Of a stretch of 18,076 nt of DNA, positions 16,324 to 18,076 are shown piece after piece. The translations under genes and the position numbers were made by a program. The notes under the pieces were generated by a model that saw nothing but the letters and a program-made list of their open reading frames with translations, was not told the origin of the DNA and searched no databases. The DNA is taken from IMG/VR virus record IMGVR_UViG_2731957842_000001, positions 1 to 18,076 of that record; one strand, 5' to 3'. Source of the stretch: a virus (lineage: Duplodnaviria; Heunggongvirae; Uroviricota; Caudoviricetes). Position 1 is the first letter of the stretch. The number at the start of each line of letters is the position of its first letter.

Positions 16324-16425
16324 AATGCGCCAGTCCGTGGTTCTGGTGATATGAATATGACGCGCGCCGAGATGCGGCGCGTAATTCAGCCTGTTGTTCC
16401 TGAATAAAATCTACGTTGTCCGGCA

Positions 16426-16716
16426 TTACCAGTTCCTTTTGTCGTTCAGTTTTTTAAATTCATCAGCGCAATAGCTGGCGATTTCTGTCGTTAATTTCGT
16501 CAGTTCATCCACGGAGGAAATTTGCTTGTGAAATACAGCGCGTTTAACAAGTAAATTGACCACATCAGACAGGAGATTTAATTTATCCGCATAAATGGCT
16601 ATAGTTGATTCCACCATATCCCCAGTGTTTTTATCGCGTTTAATATCAGCTAGCGACAAATCACCATTTTTCATGACTGAAATCTTCAGCCAGTTATTAA
16701 GCAATATATTTTTCAT
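16426..16716 (-). CDS. Hypothetical protein
   Basis: 96-aa ORF, ~38% GC, overlapping the upstream ORF by 4 nt (operon-like packing). No family recognised. Confidence 0.4.
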   Translation of the reverse strand: MKNILLNNWLKISVMKNGDLSLADIKRDKNTGDMVESTIAIYADKLNLLSDVVNLLVKRAVFHKQISSVDELTKLTTEIASYCADEFKKLNDKRNW

Positions 16717-16964
16717 TCGCCATATGCCCTCTCCGCAGAATCAATCATTTCCCGGCCATTATCGGTAATACAGAAACCTTCTCTTGATTTGGTCACAAGC
16801 CCCCATTTCCCCATTGCTATAAATGCTTTTTCCACACGACTAGGACAGGAGCGGAAGACATCGCTTGAAGGATGTAGTGGAGTCTTGTCATCTAATTTTT
16901 TAAGTAATGAAAGTTGATAATCTGTTAAGCGTTTCCTGAACCATTTTGTATTTGTCATCTCCAA
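16713..16964 (-). CDS. Hypothetical protein
   Basis: 83-aa ORF, tightly packed with its neighbours on the same strand. No family recognised. Confidence 0.4.
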   Translation of the reverse strand: MEMTNTKWFRKRLTDYQLSLLKKLDDKTPLHPSSDVFRSCPSRVEKAFIAMGKWGLVTKSREGFCITDNGREMIDSAERAYGE

Positions 16965-16972
16965 CTTTCCTG

Positions 16973-17197
16973 TTATTTATTGAGTCCTAGATTATGGAAT
17001 TTGGCAGACTCCTGACTGAGCAACTCGACTATCTCCACGCGGGATAACTCCGCCTTTGTGATGTGGCGAATCATGGCGTCAAGATGCGACGAAAAGCGCG
17101 TCGCTGCATCGGCCTGTGCTTCGGTTCTGGCCTGTTGCAGCATTAATGCGTATTTACCGCACTGATTTTCAGAAACTGTATGCATGACTTTCTCCAA
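16973..17197 (-). CDS. Hypothetical small protein
   Basis: 74-aa ORF in the same co-directional cluster. No family recognised. Confidence 0.35.
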   Translation of the reverse strand: MEKVMHTVSENQCGKYALMLQQARTEAQADAATRFSSHLDAMIRHITKAELSRVEIVELLSQESAKFHNLGLNK

Positions 17198-17248
17198 GCA
17201 AAAAGAAGCCCCGCACGATTAAGTGCGTTAAAAACTTTGGTTAATTAC

Positions 17249-17755
17249 TTAATGTAGATATTGCTCTGGTTTTACCGACGTCAGAATTGTCGGTGCATAT
17301 TCAAACAGACTGAATAATTCACGTAATGCACGGAATAAAGCATCACGCCAGTAACATGACTCTTCATTAATTCGCCAGTATGGCTGATTAAATTCATTTT
17401 CTGTCAGTCGTGCGTGCATAAATAAAGTACGGCGCTGACTGACAGTTAAAAAGCTAATATATGCATACTCACTTGCACCGACCTGACGGCGTTTTGAGAA
17501 TGCCCCACGCAATTCATCAATTGCACAAACCAGCCGTTCACGTTCGACGTCGTTCATTTCTTCAAAACGCATCGTTGCATGACGCTGTTTTAACTGTGCA
17601 TGGAAGCAAACCGTTAGCCGTTCGCGCTCCATCATCTGATTATAATAATCACATGTCTCCTGCCAGCGAGGGACGGCAAGATGCTTACCAATTATCCGGC
17701 GCATAGTTGCTGGTTGTTTTTCAACGAGATTGAGCGTCATCACTGTCATTTCCAT
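17249..17755 (-). CDS. Hypothetical protein
   Basis: 168-aa ORF (MEMTVMTLNLVEKQPATMRRIIGKHLAVPRWQETCDYYNQ...) in the same cluster. No family recognised. Confidence 0.45.
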   Translation of the reverse strand: MEMTVMTLNLVEKQPATMRRIIGKHLAVPRWQETCDYYNQMMERERLTVCFHAQLKQRHATMRFEEMNDVERERLVCAIDELRGAFSKRRQVGASEYAYISFLTVSQRRTLFMHARLTENEFNQPYWRINEESCYWRDALFRALRELFSLFEYAPTILTSVKPEQYLH

Positions 17756-18003
17756 ACCCTCCGGCTTTTCAGAAAGGTCAGAGCCTTTTTTAACGGACTC
17801 TGTTTTTTGGTGCGGATAATGATTCCCTTACGCCCCTTACCGTGGGTAATGGTGAAGTCAATCGCCCTGGGGCTTTCGTTACGCAATAACTGAGCAATAC
17901 AACGAGGCTCGTTCATCCTTTCCACCTTAAGCCGCACGGCCATGTCTTGATTTGCTGTAACTAATGCGATTTTTCCAGTCATGCCATTCTGTCGGAGCTT
18001 CAT
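17746..18003 (-). CDS. Hypothetical basic small protein (alternative to the partial ORF below)
   Basis: ATG at 18003 (the track lists a TTG at 18006), very K/R-rich. It overlaps the partial ORF 17927..18076 in another frame, so at most one of the two is real. Confidence 0.25.
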   Translation of the reverse strand: MKLRQNGMTGKIALVTANQDMAVRLKVERMNEPRCIAQLLRNESPRAIDFTITHGKGRKGIIIRTKKQSPLKKALTFLKSRRVWK

Positions 18004-18076
18004 CAACTAGTTGGGCTGCGTACTTGTCCCACTCACGGCGATTAATCCATAACTCAGCATGACCGCCCGGCTTTAA
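17927..18076 (-). CDS. 3' end of a gene entering from beyond the right window edge (partial)
   Basis: A minus-strand frame is open from the window edge to the stop at 17927-17929: LKPGGHAELWINRREWDKYAAQLVDEAPTEWHDWKNRISYSKSRHGRAA. It has no start in the window, so it is absent from the ORF track. Confidence 0.25.
   Translation of the reverse strand, partial: LKPGGHAELWINRREWDKYAAQLVDEAPTEWHDWKNRISYSKSRHGRAA

Noticed and set aside
1-18076. CRISPR arrays, tRNA or rRNA genes, IS elements
   Set aside because: No regularly spaced direct repeats, no tRNA-like cloverleaf candidates and no transposase-like ORFs were seen on reading the sequence. The only mobile-element-type gene is the serine invertase.

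Overview
The window is the late-gene half of a P2-like (Peduovirus-type) prophage from an enterobacterial host, in reverse orientation to the standard P2 map. Minus strand, high to low coordinate: O, N, M, L, X, Y, K, lysA, lysB/lysC, R, then an abrupt junction, then a serine DNA invertase, FI, FII, E/E' and the 5' part of T. Plus strand: terminase P and portal Q, followed by a terminator and a 19-nt cos-like sequence at 12600-12618. The baseplate and tail-fibre block (S, V, W, J, I, H, G) expected between R and FI is absent; only a ~200-bp tail-fibre C-terminal fragment, a candidate crossover site and the invertase remain. Immediately past cos, in the slot P2 uses for old/tin, lies a ~3.2-kb AT-rich island (~30% GC against ~55-60% for the phage genes). 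It carries a translationally coupled two-gene module: an SMC/OLD-type ABC ATPase (~565 aa once a frame break is bridged) and a 333-aa partner of unknown function. I read this as a candidate anti-phage defence system and the most interesting item in the window. Both the portal gene and the ATPase are frame-interrupted at homopolymer runs, which is either real decay or sequencing error. The right end (15835-18076) holds small minus-strand ORFs of unknown function. All assignments rest on recalled protein similarity and reading-frame analysis by eye; no database search was run.
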